Below are positions 53,228 through 62,657 of a DNA stretch of 64,000 bases, piece after piece. The notes beneath the pieces are model-generated. The model was given only the letters and a program-made list of their open reading frames with translations, did not search any database and had not been told where the DNA came from. Where the stretch lies: positions 156,868 through 220,867 of IMG/VR virus record IMGVR_UViG_3300032322_001765; one strand, given 5' to 3'. Both the position numbers and the translations under genes were made by a program. Position 1 is the stretch's first letter. Each line of letters opens with the position of its first letter.

Positions 53228-54508
53228 ATGAGTGATGTATTACCCGGACAAAAGAAAAGTAAGAAAAGTAAAAAATTCGAGAATCTAATTGGTCCTACTG
53301 ATAAAAATGTTGATAATCTAGCTAGAGAACGGTTAGTTACTGCACGTATTGGTCTATTACTACGGCATAGCTTTTTTGGTAATCTCGCAACAAGACTACA
53401 ATTAATTAATGCAGATGAGTGGTGCGGTACGGCTGCAACTGATGGATTGCGTTTTTACTATAATAGTAGATTTATTATGATGCTCAAGCCTAAAGAGGTT
53501 GAGTTTCTAGTTGGTCATGAAGTGTTGCACGTGGTATATGATCATATGGGCAGACGCGGTGATAGAAACCCGCAGATATGGAATGTGGCAGATGACTATG
53601 CTGTTAACGCCGATTTGAAACGTCACAAAGTTGGTCAGTTTATTTCAACTGTTCCCTGCTTGTATGAATCAAAATATGATGGCAAGCCTGCTGAGGAAAT
53701 TTATGATGACCTAATGAAAAACATTCAAAAAATTTCCATTGACGATCTAGTTGATCAAATGCTCGATGACCATATGGATGGTGAAGATGATGGTGCCGGC
53801 GATGGTGATGGGGAAGAAGGTGAGGGTAAAGGTAAACGCCCTAAGATGAGTCCTGAGGAACGTGAACGTGTTAGACAAGAAGTAAAACAAGCAATTATCA
53901 ATGCGGCACAAGGCGCCGAAGCAGGCACTCTGCCTAAAGGTGTAGAACGTTTGATTAAACAGTCAACGAATCCTGTCATGCCCTGGCGTGAATTAATTCA
54001 AACGAATCTAACAAGTGCTATTCGCTCTGATTACAGCTGGATGCGCCCATCACGTAAAGGCTGGCATGTTGATGCTGTAATGCCTGGTATGACTCCTGGT
54101 CAAGAAATTGATGTAGTTGTTGCACTAGATATGTCAGGGTCTATCAGCGATAAACAAGCACAAAATTTCTTAGCAGAGATTGGTGCTATGATGGAAGCAT
54201 TCGACGGTTATAAAGTTCACGTATTCAGTTTTGATACTGAAGTATACAACATACAAGATTTTACAAGTGAAAATCTTGATACAATTGATTCATATATTCC
54301 ACAAGGCGGTGGTGGTACTGATTTTGATGCAATCTTTGATTATCTCAAAGAGATCGGTAATGTACCGAAACGTTTGATTGTATTCACTGATGGCTATCCT
54401 TGTGGTAGTTGGGGTGATCCTGATTACTGTGATACTACATGGATTATTCATGGTGATCGTGATCCGAATCCCCCGTTCGGTACTTTTGCAATTTATGACG
54501 AAAAATAA
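53228..54508 (+). CDS. DUF2201-type metallopeptidase plus VWA-like domain protein
   Basis: TAATDG, HEVLH; DMSGS MIDAS, GGGGTDF, VFTDG. Confidence 0.85.
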   Translation: MSDVLPGQKKSKKSKKFENLIGPTDKNVDNLARERLVTARIGLLLRHSFFGNLATRLQLINADEWCGTAATDGLRFYYNSRFIMMLKPKEVEFLVGHEVLHVVYDHMGRRGDRNPQIWNVADDYAVNADLKRHKVGQFISTVPCLYESKYDGKPAEEIYDDLMKNIQKISIDDLVDQMLDDHMDGEDDGAGDGDGEEGEGKGKRPKMSPEERERVRQEVKQAIINAAQGAEAGTLPKGVERLIKQSTNPVMPWRELIQTNLTSAIRSDYSWMRPSRKGWHVDAVMPGMTPGQEIDVVVALDMSGSISDKQAQNFLAEIGAMMEAFDGYKVHVFSFDTEVYNIQDFTSENLDTIDSYIPQGGGGTDFDAIFDYLKEIGNVPKRLIVFTDGYPCGSWGDPDYCDTTWIIHGDRDPNPPFGTFAIYDEK

Positions 54509-54710
54509 AATTTACGAAAGTCCAGATGGTGGTAAAACAATACGTGAACGTGAGTTTGGCGAAGTGTCCATCCACTCAAAATTATTTAGGAGAAGAGGTA
54601 ATTGGGACACAATTATATATAAGTGCGAAACTGACGAATTACTAAATGAAATGGTAGAAAAGGTAGAAGTATATTTTGAATTAAAATATAAAGGAGATTA
54701 CCGTGGATGA
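54495..54710 (+). CDS. Hypothetical protein
   Basis: MTKNKIYESPDGGKTIRER; start moved from track. Confidence 0.65.
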   Translation: MTKNKIYESPDGGKTIREREFGEVSIHSKLFRRRGNWDTIIYKCETDELLNEMVEKVEVYFELKYKGDYRG

Positions 54711-54813
54711 AGTCTATGCTGTATTAACTGTAGGTTTACTTATGCTTGTATGTGTGGGATTGTTCGGCTATGCTATTGTTAAAATGGTAGGCAATGATGA
54801 CGAACAAGACTAA
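54703..54813 (+). CDS. Small membrane peptide (36 aa, GTG start)
   Basis: AAGGAG SD; MDEVYAVLTVGLLMLVCVGLFGYAIVKMVGNDDEQD. Confidence 0.5.
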   Translation: MDEVYAVLTVGLLMLVCVGLFGYAIVKMVGNDDEQD

Positions 54814-55132
54814 TACATACCTTGCAGTTTGGGATTGTTATGGCTTAGAAAGTCTTTTTAATGTTACTGAATGGTCATTTAAAACAACATATAATACATT
54901 AATGGAATTGCCTCCGCCGTACATTCCATTTAATGAGTTAATGTTGCGGGCTAGATATAACCCACAGCGTAATTACGAAATATACACGTTCAATGCTGAT
55001 AATGATGTAACTGAACTTTCACTAAGAGAAGCATTTGATGCCGATCCGCAATACATGGTCGATTGGGTTCGTAAGCATGGAAATAAACTATATAGTGATA
55101 GAATCTCTGATAAGGAAAAACGAATTACATAA
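54794..55132 (+). CDS. Hypothetical protein
   Basis: 112-aa ORF. Confidence 0.7.
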   Translation: MMTNKTNTYLAVWDCYGLESLFNVTEWSFKTTYNTLMELPPPYIPFNELMLRARYNPQRNYEIYTFNADNDVTELSLREAFDADPQYMVDWVRKHGNKLYSDRISDKEKRIT

Positions 55133-55380
55133 TGATTGTATATCCCATTGTTTGGTACGGTACTAGAAAATTAGACAACGTACCACCACACTTTGTAAAA
55201 TCATCAACACCTTTGACCAATGAAGCTTTTATTTGGGTAAAAGCAAAATTGGTAGGCAGATATGCAGTCCACACAAGTCCTCAAATAAATGAATTAGTTT
55301 TTGATTTAAGACCTTATATCTATTTTGAGGATCCAAAAGAAGTGTCCCTTTACGAATTGCGTTGGTCAGGCAGCAAATAA
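55132..55380 (+). CDS. Hypothetical protein
   Basis: 82-aa ORF, TAATG coupling. Confidence 0.65.
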   Translation: MIVYPIVWYGTRKLDNVPPHFVKSSTPLTNEAFIWVKAKLVGRYAVHTSPQINELVFDLRPYIYFEDPKEVSLYELRWSGSK

Positions 55381-55433
55381 ATTTTTCATCTTAATACTCA
55401 TATTAAATAGTTGTATCCTTAAGGAGATATAAT

Positions 55434-56108
55434 ATGGGTTTTTTAAGACATGTAGGAAAAATAGGTGATCGCAAGGTAGCAGTTATTTTTAGAGAAGTAC
55501 CTGGCGAAACTCACATGTGTTTGGTAGCATATACCGAAACATTAAATCAACATATACATGATCCAATGATGCGTTGTATTGAAAGTGACATTGGACAAAA
55601 CAGCGAAAATCTTGCTGATGCACTGAATAGATCATACACAAATGATGGTAAAGTAATTTTACAAGTTTTACATGCTGAGGGTATGTTGAAAAAAGTTCAA
55701 ACATCACAAGTCATTATGACACCCACACCAGCAACAAGAATAAAATTAGATGAATTGAACAAAATTTTAGATGAGATGCAACAGGGTGAGGCTGCTGTAA
55801 AACGACTTGCTGAACTTGATGCAAGTAGAGGACTACAAGATCCAGCAGACGTAGCACGTAGAATGCGAGGAGAATCAACAATACCACCAAGTCCTACTAC
55901 AGGTATTTTAGGTGATAATCAATTAGCAAATAATCTACGTGATCAAGCACAGAGAATGAATCGTGAGGCAAAAGGATTGATGGCTGAAGCAGATAGATTG
56001 ATGAAAGAAGCCTCACAACTAGATGGGGCAACACCTGAAGTCAACGTATCAGTACCATTAACTGAAAAGAAGAAAGGCCGAGTAAGTAAGGCAAAAGTAA
56101 CTACATAA
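55434..56108 (+). CDS. Hypothetical protein
   Basis: AAGGAG SD; 224 aa; helical C-terminus. Confidence 0.8.
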   Translation: MGFLRHVGKIGDRKVAVIFREVPGETHMCLVAYTETLNQHIHDPMMRCIESDIGQNSENLADALNRSYTNDGKVILQVLHAEGMLKKVQTSQVIMTPTPATRIKLDELNKILDEMQQGEAAVKRLAELDASRGLQDPADVARRMRGESTIPPSPTTGILGDNQLANNLRDQAQRMNREAKGLMAEADRLMKEASQLDGATPEVNVSVPLTEKKKGRVSKAKVTT

Positions 56109-56114
56109 TAAAAA

Positions 56115-56411
56115 ATGACACCTGAATACATCCGAAAGTGGGAACACATCCTTGAAGATGTTGAAAAAAGTAAGGTCCCTGTACAATTTATTAAAAAAAT
56201 TGTAGTAAAGATGGTAGGCAAAAAACAGCATACTATTAATATACAACACTTACTTAAACAAGGATTGAGTCCTGATGAGGTTGAAGAAGTTGTTAGCAGA
56301 AAACTTAATGAATTAGATCCACTAATTACAAGTTTTGAGTTTTTATTAAATGTAGAAACTATTGCTGAAACGGTTCAACCAGAAACTGATAGAATTCTTG
56401 GGAACTTATGA
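56115..56411 (+). CDS. Hypothetical protein
   Basis: 98-aa ORF. Confidence 0.7.
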   Translation: MTPEYIRKWEHILEDVEKSKVPVQFIKKIVVKMVGKKQHTINIQHLLKQGLSPDEVEEVVSRKLNELDPLITSFEFLLNVETIAETVQPETDRILGNL

Positions 56412-56872
56412 AATTAATTATCGCCTGTGATAAAAATGGTGGTATAGGATATCAAAATAAATTGCCTTGGAATAAAATTCAGGGCGATTTACCAAGATTT
56501 AAAAAATTGACTGAAGGTCAAGTAGTTGTTATGGGCAAACATACTTGGGAAAGCCTGCCGGTCAAACCACTTCCTAATAGACTTAATATCGTCATTACAA
56601 CAACAGAATCGATGAAATCTATTACTGTTCCTAAAAAAGTTATCGTAACCGATGATATTGAAAGAGTTAAAGATTATGATATTTGGTTAATAGGAGGGGC
56701 AAAATTAGTTGAAAGTTGTTGGAGTAGAATTAATGAGATACACCTTACAAAAACTTTTGCCGAATATACTTGTGATAGATTTATTGATTTGTTATACTTA
56801 GAACAAAATTTTATCTGTGAGCATACCGAAACATACGCAGACCATACGTACACAATTTGGAAAAGACGATGA
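56408..56872 (+). CDS. folA: Dihydrofolate reductase
   Basis: GGIG...LPW...DLPRFKKLT...VVMGKHTWES...LPNRLNIV, LIGGA. Confidence 0.95.
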   Translation: MKLIIACDKNGGIGYQNKLPWNKIQGDLPRFKKLTEGQVVVMGKHTWESLPVKPLPNRLNIVITTTESMKSITVPKKVIVTDDIERVKDYDIWLIGGAKLVESCWSRINEIHLTKTFAEYTCDRFIDLLYLEQNFICEHTETYADHTYTIWKRR

Positions 56873-57786
56873 AGCAATATCACGACCTACTGGAATACAT
56901 TTTAAAAAACGGAGAAGAGAAAGATGATAGAACTGGCGTTGGTACTATTAGTACTTTTGGACATCAGCTTCGCTTTGATTTGCGTTTGGGATTTCCTGCC
57001 ATTACAACTAAAAAGTTGGCTTGGAAATCTTGCGTAGGTGAGTTGCTATGGTTCATTGAAGGATCAAGCGACGAACGTAGATTAGCACAAATTACACATG
57101 GTACAAAAGATGGGACTGTAACTATTTGGACTCCTAATGCACTCGCACCATATTGGAAACCTAAAGCAAATTTTGAAGGTGATTTAGGGCGAGTGTATGG
57201 AGTGCAATGGCGACATTGGAGAAGCGTTAAGAAAAGAGAAGTAGATGGAGCCTTCAAGGATAGTTTCGGTGTGTCATATCGTCGTATTGGCAACGATGTT
57301 GAAATTAAAGAAATTGACCAACTTAAGCTATTGATAGAAGGAATTAAAACTGATCCAAACGGTCGCAGACACATTTTGAATGCATGGAACGTGGGTGAAC
57401 TGGATCAAATGGCACTACCACCATGTCACGTAATGAGTCAATTTTATGTAAACAAGAATAAAGAACTTAGTTGCCATATGTATCAACGTAGTGTAGATGT
57501 TTTCTTAGGTCTTCCCTTTAACATTGCAAGCTACGCATTGTTAACTCATATGATAGCACAGGTGTGTAATTTAAAAGTTGGTGAATTAATCATTAGTACA
57601 GGTGACACACATATCTATAAAGATCATATAGAGCAAGTAAAAGAACAGTTGAGTAGACAAGAATATCCCTTACCAACATTAATGCTCACACACGACATAG
57701 AGGATATATCGCAATTTACCATGAACGATATTTACTTAGATAATTATCAGAGTCATGGTCCATTAAAGGCTACAATGGCAGTATGA
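56869..57786 (+). CDS. thyA: Thymidylate synthase
   Basis: DRTGVGT, TTKK, GDLGRVYG.QW, RRHI..AWN, PPCH, YQRSVD...PFNIASY, HIY. Confidence 0.97.
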   Translation: MKQYHDLLEYILKNGEEKDDRTGVGTISTFGHQLRFDLRLGFPAITTKKLAWKSCVGELLWFIEGSSDERRLAQITHGTKDGTVTIWTPNALAPYWKPKANFEGDLGRVYGVQWRHWRSVKKREVDGAFKDSFGVSYRRIGNDVEIKEIDQLKLLIEGIKTDPNGRRHILNAWNVGELDQMALPPCHVMSQFYVNKNKELSCHMYQRSVDVFLGLPFNIASYALLTHMIAQVCNLKVGELIISTGDTHIYKDHIEQVKEQLSRQEYPLPTLMLTHDIEDISQFTMNDIYLDNYQSHGPLKATMAV

Positions 57787-58013
57787 TAAAGGTAGTTGTC
57801 CATAAATTTAATATGAGTGATGTTGAAGATCCTGATTTATGGGCAGCGCAAACATTTCTTGAATGGGAAAAATCTGACAAGGGCACTTGGATAATGGAAA
57901 ACGCTAAAGAGCCTACTTGGCATAGAAACCCACATCAATATGGTTGGCAATATACTATTACTGCTGATCTGTCTGAAGAACAACTTACTTACTACAAATT
58001 AAGATACGAATGA
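57783..58013 (+). CDS. Hypothetical protein
   Basis: 76-aa ORF, coupled. Confidence 0.7.
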   Translation: MIKVVVHKFNMSDVEDPDLWAAQTFLEWEKSDKGTWIMENAKEPTWHRNPHQYGWQYTITADLSEEQLTYYKLRYE

Positions 58014-58975
58014 ACATTATAGTTACAGGTGGAATGGGCCTCATAGGGCATAATATTGTTTCTAAATTAGAAAATGATCATAGAATTACTATTATTGATA
58101 ATCATACTAATTATGGTTTTATACCTAATAAGCAAATAGATAGTCTCATTAATTTAAGAAGGAAAAAAATCAGCAAATACAAAAATCATATTGCTGATAT
58201 AGTCAACGAACACGCATTAGATATTATCTTTAGTGCTAATTCACCTGAATTAGTAATTCATTGTGCAAGTTATCCTAGACAAAAAGCAGTTGAAGCTAAT
58301 CCAATAATGGCTGCTAAATCTATGTGTGTAGGACTCACTACTCTTTTAGAAGCCTGTATAAAATTTAACGTAAAAAGATTCGTCTACATCAGTTCTAGTA
58401 TGGTATATGGTGATTTTGAAAATGATGTGACCGAAGAAAGTGTATGTAGCCCAATTGGTCAATATGGAATCTTTAAACTAATGGGTGAAAAGCTAGTACA
58501 AGATTACAGTAGAAGAACAGGAATGGAACATGTAATTATTCGTCCTAGTGCTGTATATGGAGAATTGGATGTTGAAGATAGAGTGGTTAGTAAATTTGTA
58601 CTAGGTGCTATTCGAGGTGATACTTTAAAGGTAAACGGACCGGATGAAGTTTTAGATTTTACATATGTCGATGATGCAGCAGAGGGAATAGTCCAAGCAG
58701 CATTAAGTCCCAACACTACGAATCAAATTTATAATATTACACGTAGCGCAGACCGTCTTTGGACTCTGAAAGATGCAGCAGAACTTGCTATACAACTAGC
58801 AGGTAAAGGAGAACTCATTGTAGGTCCCAGAGATTTGAGCTTCCCTAAACGCGGTAGATTATCTATTGACAAAGCCATACAAGACTTTAATTACAGTCCT
58901 AAAACAAATGTAGAAGAAGGATTTAAAAAATATTACGAATGGTTAAGGAATTCTGATATCTTCCATGCTAAATAG
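58010..58975 (+). CDS. NAD-dependent epimerase/dehydratase
   Basis: VTGGMGLIG, ISSSMVYG, YGIFK, RPSAVYG, DFTYVDD. Confidence 0.92.
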   Translation: MNIIVTGGMGLIGHNIVSKLENDHRITIIDNHTNYGFIPNKQIDSLINLRRKKISKYKNHIADIVNEHALDIIFSANSPELVIHCASYPRQKAVEANPIMAAKSMCVGLTTLLEACIKFNVKRFVYISSSMVYGDFENDVTEESVCSPIGQYGIFKLMGEKLVQDYSRRTGMEHVIIRPSAVYGELDVEDRVVSKFVLGAIRGDTLKVNGPDEVLDFTYVDDAAEGIVQAALSPNTTNQIYNITRSADRLWTLKDAAELAIQLAGKGELIVGPRDLSFPKRGRLSIDKAIQDFNYSPKTNVEEGFKKYYEWLRNSDIFHAK

Positions 58976-58981
58976 TAGACT

Positions 58982-59431
58982 ATGTGGATACTATCAATTA
59001 CACCCGTTTGGGTCTTTCATGCAATTACTTTAGCAGGAATCATTGGAATCATATCAGGTTTCTTGCTAGCCTTCATTCCTTTTATAAGACAATATAAACT
59101 TCCAATCCAAGTTATCAGTATTGTATTATTAGTCTCTGGAATTTTTATGGAAGGGGCTATGCTTAACGAGCAAGTTTGGTTGCTAAAAGTAGCTGAAATG
59201 GAACAGAAAATGGCTGAGGCAGAAGCCAAATCAGCACAAGAAAATGTTAAATTAGTTGAAAAAATTGTAGTTAAGAAAGAGTACATTAAATCTCGCGGTC
59301 GTGATATTGTAAAATATATTGACAAAGAAATCGTAAAATATGATTCAAAGTTTGCAGCCGGCGGGCAATGCGAAATTCCTAAAGAATTCTATAAAGCAAT
59401 AAATGATGCTGCGCAGGAGCCAAACAAATGA
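58982..59431 (+). CDS. Putative inner-membrane spanin (Rz-like)
   Basis: N-terminal TM segments then coiled coil; followed by lipoprotein. Confidence 0.55.
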   Translation: MWILSITPVWVFHAITLAGIIGIISGFLLAFIPFIRQYKLPIQVISIVLLVSGIFMEGAMLNEQVWLLKVAEMEQKMAEAEAKSAQENVKLVEKIVVKKEYIKSRGRDIVKYIDKEIVKYDSKFAAGGQCEIPKEFYKAINDAAQEPNK

Positions 59432-59694
59432 AAAAAATAGTAATTATTTCTATGCTATTATTAACAGGATGCTCAACAGTAGTGCCTGTAAAAGCTAAAT
59501 TCCCTGAGGCACCTGACATGCTAATGACTAAGTGCCCAGCACTGACGCAGGTTAAAGAAGATGCTAAGTTAAGTGAAATTGCAACTTCAGTAGCGAATAA
59601 CTACACAACTTATTATGAGTGTGCAGTTATTGCTAGGGGTTGGCAAGACTGGTATCAGATACAGAAGAATATTTACGAAAACGCTGGTAAGTAA
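59428..59694 (+). CDS. Putative outer-membrane lipoprotein spanin (Rz1-like)
   Basis: MKKIVIISMLLLTGC lipobox; Pro-rich FPEAP...CP.L. Confidence 0.6.
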   Translation: MKKIVIISMLLLTGCSTVVPVKAKFPEAPDMLMTKCPALTQVKEDAKLSEIATSVANNYTTYYECAVIARGWQDWYQIQKNIYENAGK

Positions 59695-60132
59695 TTAATT
59701 ACACCAGCTTTGTTTCGCTTCACCAAAGTATTCTCTAGCAAATCCATTTTGAATAAGCATACTGCGCAAGCTTTGTCCATCTAGGATCAAATCACCTAGA
59801 ACACGTCCTCCAAACTTGTCCCAGCTGTACAAAATAACTTGACGTTTGGTCGACTTTGCAACTGCATTATTTGTAAATTTTGATGCAAGCATGCCTCTTT
59901 CGTTTTCTTGTGGGCATTGGGCACGATGACCTTTTTCAGGGGTATCAACTCCATAAACACGAACAGCAAGCTCAGGCTTTAACGGTGCAGGCAAAAATGG
60001 GGCAGAAATAACGACAGTATCTCCGTCGCTCACTCTAATAATTTGAGCATCGTAAGTAACCCCTTGAGGAGCTTTAGCTGCAAGCGCACTTGCAGAAACC
60101 AGTAATAGTAGTGTAGTGATATATTTTTTCAT
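59695..60132 (-). CDS. Thermonuclease (SNase) family nuclease with signal peptide
   Basis: VSDGDT, RVYGVDTPE, DKFGGR.LG, GFAREY. Confidence 0.9.
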   Translation of the reverse strand: MKKYITTLLLLVSASALAAKAPQGVTYDAQIIRVSDGDTVVISAPFLPAPLKPELAVRVYGVDTPEKGHRAQCPQENERGMLASKFTNNAVAKSTKRQVILYSWDKFGGRVLGDLILDGQSLRSMLIQNGFAREYFGEAKQSWCN

Positions 60133-60180
60133 AGTATATTATTTATCTTGACGATAAATATAGAATAATGGGATACAAAA

Positions 60181-60957
60181 ATGACTATAACCGTAGCAAA
60201 CATTGATATTGGTGACTTACCCAATGACGGAACGGGTGATCCGTTACGAATTGCATTTGAAAAAATCAATCAAAACTTTATTGATTTAGCAAATGGTTTA
60301 CCTGCAGGACCAGAAGGATCGTTCCAATATAATGCAAACGGTGAAAGCAACGGTACCGCAAACTTTACATATGTTGAGGCTAACAACACCATACGATTAG
60401 GTGCAAACATATTACCAATTAGTAACACACTAACTATAGGTACAGTTGCAAACACAGTTGCCAATCTTTATGTAGGTAATTCAGGATTCTACGTTGGTAA
60501 TATCAATGTCGTAGAGTCAGGAAACATACTTAGTTTCCCTATTCGTGTATTACCAAGTGCAAAAGCAAGTTTTGCCATTAACAATCTTAATGCAGATGGC
60601 AATATAACAGCGAACGGGTCACTATCTGTTAGTAATCTAAAGTTCGGTGGATTCACAGCGAATACATCAAATAATGCAGCCGATCAAATAATTTTTGAAT
60701 ATCCAGCTACAGCGTTTAAAACAGGTAAAGTTGTTTTGAAAACGACACAAAATGACGATGTGCAAACTGCTACCATTGACATAACTAAAGCAGGAACTAA
60801 CGCAACAGCTAATTTTAGTGTATATGGTACAATATTCATTGGAGCACCATTAACAAACTATGAAGTTGACATTGGATATGGAAATATAAGATTGAAGGTA
60901 AGTCCATTGTTAAATACACTGATGGTGCATGAAGGCACATATCAAATTACAGGTTAA
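60181..60957 (+). CDS. Virion structural protein with T4 gp9/gp10-like N-terminus
   Basis: IDIGDLPNDGTGDPLRIAFEKINQNF. Confidence 0.7.
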   Translation: MTITVANIDIGDLPNDGTGDPLRIAFEKINQNFIDLANGLPAGPEGSFQYNANGESNGTANFTYVEANNTIRLGANILPISNTLTIGTVANTVANLYVGNSGFYVGNINVVESGNILSFPIRVLPSAKASFAINNLNADGNITANGSLSVSNLKFGGFTANTSNNAADQIIFEYPATAFKTGKVVLKTTQNDDVQTATIDITKAGTNATANFSVYGTIFIGAPLTNYEVDIGYGNIRLKVSPLLNTLMVHEGTYQITG

Positions 60958-60958
60958 A

Positions 60959-61348
60959 ATGAGAGCATACGAATTTTTAAGCGAATCACAGAAGGGCAAG
61001 CTTACCAATAGACAGGGCCGCGCCGCAGTTGGAATCGACCTATTCCGTGACAAAGAATTCGCAGATAGAATATATGAATTAAACAGAGTAATGATGGCTG
61101 TTGCTGCGGCAGACGGAACTAATCCAATCAATATTGATCACGAAAGCTGGTCGGGAAGAGAAAATCTTGCTGTACCTTATAGTTCTATAGAACAAAAAAT
61201 GTTATCTCAAGCATTCGCTGCTGTAGGGTCGCATCACGAGGATCTAACAAAAGGTGATTTGAGAAGCATGGAATTACAAGATACTTACACACAAAGCCCT
61301 GTCATAGGGTTTAAAGGGTTTTCAGGCGAGAAAAAGTCAAAAAAATAA
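60959..61348 (+). CDS. Hypothetical protein
   Basis: MRAYEFLSES; start moved from track. Confidence 0.7.
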   Translation: MRAYEFLSESQKGKLTNRQGRAAVGIDLFRDKEFADRIYELNRVMMAVAAADGTNPINIDHESWSGRENLAVPYSSIEQKMLSQAFAAVGSHHEDLTKGDLRSMELQDTYTQSPVIGFKGFSGEKKSKK

Positions 61349-61395
61349 TAACGGTATAATTTTCTGCTAAGTATAGATTACTTAACAGGAAACCT

Positions 61396-62088
61396 ATGTT
61401 AGATATAAACAAAACACTTGATCTAGTCAAACTTAAATTTTTCAATGAATGGTTGTATAGCTCTCATTTATATGATGAGGGTGAAACCGAACTCCACAAA
61501 AAACTCAATGATGAGATGGTTTCATCATATTTTGATACACTAGGATTGCCCAAAGATGCATCAATATTAGATGTATATTGTGGTACTGGTTATTTCTTAG
61601 ATTCTATGAAGGAACGTGGTTATACAAATGTAACAGGTATAACTCTTAGTGAAAATAATGCCAAGCAGTGCAAAGATAAAGGTCATAACGTAAAACTTTA
61701 TGATCCGACCTTTCTTCCGCAAAGTGATGGATTCGTAGATGAGTCTGTTGATTTTATATATTGCCGTCATTATCTACATCACAGTCCATATCCTATCTTT
61801 ACATTAATAGAATATAATAGATTATTAAAACTTAAGGGTAGAATCTTTATTGAAGTTCCTAGTCCTGAATGTGAAAGACCTCATGAATACAATCCTAACC
61901 ATTACAGTATTATGGGTCATAGACAATTAGACGCTTTATTAACAAGAACCGGATTTAAAGTAGAAAGATTCAATGACATTGAATTCGACTTAACTTCTAC
62001 AGCCGACAAAGATAAAGAACCCAAAACAGTCAAAGAAAAATACTTTGCTATTTTAGCCACTAAGAAAAATCCGTTAGATATTAAATAA
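61396..62088 (+). CDS. Class I SAM-dependent methyltransferase
   Basis: ILDVYCGTG, VDFIYCRHYLHH, LLKLKGRIFIEVP. Confidence 0.85.
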   Translation: MLDINKTLDLVKLKFFNEWLYSSHLYDEGETELHKKLNDEMVSSYFDTLGLPKDASILDVYCGTGYFLDSMKERGYTNVTGITLSENNAKQCKDKGHNVKLYDPTFLPQSDGFVDESVDFIYCRHYLHHSPYPIFTLIEYNRLLKLKGRIFIEVPSPECERPHEYNPNHYSIMGHRQLDALLTRTGFKVERFNDIEFDLTSTADKDKEPKTVKEKYFAILATKKNPLDIK

Positions 62089-62095
62089 ATACGTC

Positions 62096-62377
62096 ATGAC
62101 CTTTGACGTATGGAAACAATCTAAATTACAGAACGGTCTTGATAAACTCAAGACCGTTTCCTTGCCCGACCACCAATCTGATAACCTAGAGGATATTAAG
62201 CGTCTAGCTGGTATAAACAATGTTGAAAAATTAGCAAACGAAATGAACATGAGTTATACAGGAACTGAAAAAGCAAGACTAATGAAAAAACATAATATCC
62301 AACCGGGTACCCCTGAGTGGTTTCAACTTTGGTTCAGTTTACCCAAGCTCACTGGTGAGAAACCTGTAGATAAATAA
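62096..62377 (+). CDS. Hypothetical protein
   Basis: IKRLAGI, IQPGTPEWFQLWF; TAAATA 4 nt upstream. Confidence 0.75.
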   Translation: MTFDVWKQSKLQNGLDKLKTVSLPDHQSDNLEDIKRLAGINNVEKLANEMNMSYTGTEKARLMKKHNIQPGTPEWFQLWFSLPKLTGEKPVDK

Positions 62378-62381
62378 TAAT

Positions 62382-62654
62382 ATGAGAGCAACTGAATTCA
62401 TAAGGCAACTACTTGATCTAATAGACAATGTAAGTGATACAGCCGACGATAAAAAAGATTACGAATTAGAAACCACAGAAGATTGTGGGTGTAACGACGG
62501 ACAGGCTGAATACAGCAACAGCCCCAAAGAACAATATACAAGTAATGATACTATTATGAGTATGGGTAATGACATTAATATGCCAAAACATCCAGCTGAT
62601 ATTAGAGTCTCATCGGTTGCTTTATATCCAGAAGCTGCCTACAAAGGTAAATAA
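62382..62654 (+). CDS. Acidic hypothetical protein
   Basis: MRATEFIRQLLDLID; TAAATA 5 nt upstream. Confidence 0.75.
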   Translation: MRATEFIRQLLDLIDNVSDTADDKKDYELETTEDCGCNDGQAEYSNSPKEQYTSNDTIMSMGNDINMPKHPADIRVSSVALYPEAAYKGK

Positions 62655-62657
62655 TAT

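Noticed and set aside
57220-57310. Intein or intron in thyA
   Set aside because: The ~23-aa insertion relative to E. coli ThyA has no intein termini or group I core; the ORF is continuous and retains the PCH and dUMP-specifying Asn motifs.
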